Under the pieces are notes generated by a model. It was not told the DNA's origin. It did not search any database and saw only the letters and a list, made by a program, of their open reading frames with translations. This document shows positions 61,401 to 64,000 of a stretch of DNA of 64,000 nt, piece after piece. Every line of letters starts with the position of its first letter. The stretch's first letter is position 1. The DNA is from Cycas panzhihuaensis (Eukaryota; Plantae; Cycadophyta). A program made the translations under genes and the position numbers. The stretch lies in contig CM041465.1 of NCBI GenBank assembly GCA_023213395.1, positions 44,647,741 through 44,711,740 on the forward strand, written 5' to 3'.

Positions 61401-63664
61401 CTAAACATTTCAGATTTCCTTTTAAAAAAATAGACCCATACCTTCTTGGAGTAATCATCTATAAATGTGACAAAATACAATGATCCTCCACAAGATATTT
61501 TAGGGGCTGGTCCCCATACACCTGAATGTATGTAATCTAGAACGCCTTTACTAGTGTGACTCCCTACTTTAAACCTGTGTCTACACTGTTTTCCAAAAAC
61601 ATAATGTTTACAGAAAGCCAAGTCTGAAAGCTGCAAGTTAGGAAGCGACTTACGGTTTATCAGCACCTTAAGTCCTCTCTCACTCATGTGCCCAAGTCTC
61701 TGATGCCATAGCTGAGCTTGATCTTCTGCAGTCTTTGACGCTGTAGCTGCTTGGCTGACATCTATACTTCCCACTAAAATGTAAAGATTTCCTTTCTTTA
61801 AGGCTTTCATAACAACCAAGGCGCCCTTTGACACCTTTTGGACTCCTTCACGACTTGTATGCTTAAAACCACCCGAATCTAATTCACCCAAGGAAATCAG
61901 ATTCCTTTTGAAATCAAGTACATGTCTAACCTCAGTTAATGTTCTGACTACCCCATCGAACATCTTAATTTTGATGCTACCAATGTCCACTGTCTTACAA
62001 GAAACTTCGTTTCCCATAAGCATATCACCACCATCAAGAGGTTGGTATGATGAGAACCAACTCTTGTGTGGACACGTGGTGCGAAGCACCTGAATCTAAT
62101 AACCAGTCATGGTGATAATGAGAAACATTACAAGCAACCAAGACATCATCATCCATACCTTGATTTGACTCCACCTGATTCGCCTTCTTGGTAGGATCTT
62201 CCTTTTTCTGGAACTGTTTCTTTTTGTAACAATCCTTCTTGAGGTGACCGGTCTTATTACAATGGCAACACCTGAGCTTACTCTTTTTGCTCTTTGACTT
62301 GGACCTAGATGTATCCCTAGAGTTTTGTCCTCTCTCAAACGTTCTACCCCTTACTGTCATGGCTTCTGGTGTGGAGGTTTCAAGACTAGACTTCCTCCGC
62401 ACTTCTTCCATTAGCAAAGCACTCACAACAGAATCATATTCCAATTCATCTGTAGTGCTAAAACTAATTGAGGTGACAATATTATCCCGTGATTCGTAAT
62501 GAGCATAATGGTAATGACCTTGCCCTCATTCTCAATTTTAACATCTATACTAGTCAATTGACAAATAAGAGTATTGAAAACATTTAAATGGTTAGCAATT
62601 TTTGTACCTTCCTTCATCCGTAACGAGTACAATTGCCTCTTCAGGTATATTTGATTACATCGATTTGATCATATCTGTGCCTTCCAACCGGGTCTATAAT
62701 CCTGCTGCTGTCTGCTCCCCTGTGATGTTAAACAAAACTTCATCCGCCAAGCACAATCGTATTGTGCTAAGTGCCTTTTTGTCTAAATCATCCCATTCAT
62801 CATCGTCCATCCCTGCGGGTTTCCTCGATTTGCCTGCAAGGGCTTTGTACAAACCTTGCTGTACAAGAATATCATACGCTTTTAGCTTCCACAACTCGAA
62901 GTTGTTCTTGCCATTGAATTTCTCCATCTCGAACTTTGCACCTGCTACTTTCGCCATTTGGTGTAGAAAAGCCGACACCAAAATCTTCACAAACTCGCTG
63001 CAAGAAAAAGAGTGGTTCTGATATCACTTGTTGAGAATACAAGGTCCAAAACCTTTAACTGCCACCAAGATCTATTGCATTCTTACAACTAGTTACAGAA
63101 ATCAAAACTTAAAATTACATGCAAGTTCTAAAATCAGAGATTATACAATAACATGAAAATGAAAACCAAACATCACATATGCACCCGATATAACGTGGTA
63201 AAACCCTAGCAGTGTGTTAGGGAAACATCCACACAGGAAAGGTATCGATCTTTATTGCTGTAGAATGGAGAAACAATACATCTCAGTTATAGAGTGCTCT
63301 CAGGAACAACAACCAACCGCCGCCCTCATAACATTACATTACATTACATACAACATAATAAGAAAAGCCCTAAAACGGGCTACATGAGAGGGGCATCCAA
63401 GGCATGAATCTCAACTGTAGAATCTAGGGTATTTGTATCGAACGACCTTGATTCTCTTTATATTTTGATAAGGTTTACATGGCTAATTTTTCGGGTCAGA
63501 TCATAAGAGTGACAAATCCTAGCGGGGGGCATTCCACGCCCCTCGCACCCTCCGGCCAAGGAGGGCTCACCCCCCTTGGAATCCCCGAGAAAGATTTGGG
63601 GGGGAAACCGCGCCGAAAACATGCCAAAATATTAGCCCCATAATTGTTGTCACAATATCCAACA
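58410..63664 (-). mobile_element. Ty1/copia element G, Tnt1/Tork-like, full length
   Basis: LTRs 58410-59012 and 63029-63664. TSD CGATG. Degenerate PBS reverse complement at ~63015-63026, PPT reverse complement AATCTCCACCTT. Confidence 0.95.
59070..62957 (-). pseudogene. copia gag-pol of G with frameshifts
   Basis: MAKVAGAKFEMEKFNGKNNFELWK; CCHCNKTGHLKKDC; WLLDSGASHH; 480-aa PR-tail/INT ORF 60647-62089; LYVDDML; GYVDSDFARDLDKRRS. Confidence 0.95.
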
Positions 63665-64000
63665 CGATGTTGTTGCAGGTGACGAAAGGGGAAACATTCA
63701 ATTGGGCAGGGTTTGTTTTAAGAAAATTTCAGCCAAATTTAGAAAAGGTGAAAAATGCATGACAAACGATTATGTTCTTCTAGCCAACATTACTTTAAGG
63801 GCTATTGTTTTCGCAAGGCCTTGATGTTCATCTATTGCCTCTAAACTAGGGCAAGCTAAGTTGGCTAAGTGAACAACACTTTTCAATAGGGAAAACACCA
63901 ATTTGCAAGACATTTGGCAGTTGGTTCAAGCACAAGATATAGTAAAAGTCTAGTTATAGAAGAAATGGAAAAAGGCGATCTCGACATCCTTATTAGGTAG

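Larger units (their letters stand above)
45390..64000 (+). mobile_element. Athila-like Ty3/gypsy element H (5' LTR ending 46443, gag, PR, RT, RH, INT, 3' region), interrupted by P2 and G
   Basis: LTR end ACACACA at 46443 followed by TTGGTTTCGTTGCC (degenerate tRNA-Asp PBS). Protease IVDGGSRVNVLP at ~49070, RT at 50560-51500, integrase at 52200-53165 resuming at 57456. The 5' start is approximate. Confidence 0.75.

Overview
This is an AT-rich land-plant nuclear window made almost entirely of nested, decayed LTR retrotransposons. A large-genome plant, possibly a gymnosperm, is inferred from the element types. No intact host gene is present. Seven elements have paired LTRs and target-site duplications (TSDs): CRM-type Gypsy 4646-20273, Copia 8489-14769, chromovirus 23308-30013, Copia 30340-35551, Tnt1/Tork-like Copia 58410-63664, and two non-autonomous elements at 39599-43889 and 53166-57455. 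They sit inside older Athila-like Gypsy relics. The most notable observation concerns the two non-autonomous elements. They are related (Copia-type PBS/PPT, related LTRs, a homologous truncated-Gag ORF) and nearly identical in length (4291 and 4290 bp). Each carries different intron-less pieces of host mRNAs in the same slot between PBS and gag. One holds a WAT1/UMAMIT transporter C-terminus. The other holds a GRP7/8-type RRM fused head-to-head with a plastid ribosomal protein S13 cDNA. This looks like a gene-capturing (Pack-like) LTR retrotransposon family. All coordinates and identities were read by eye.
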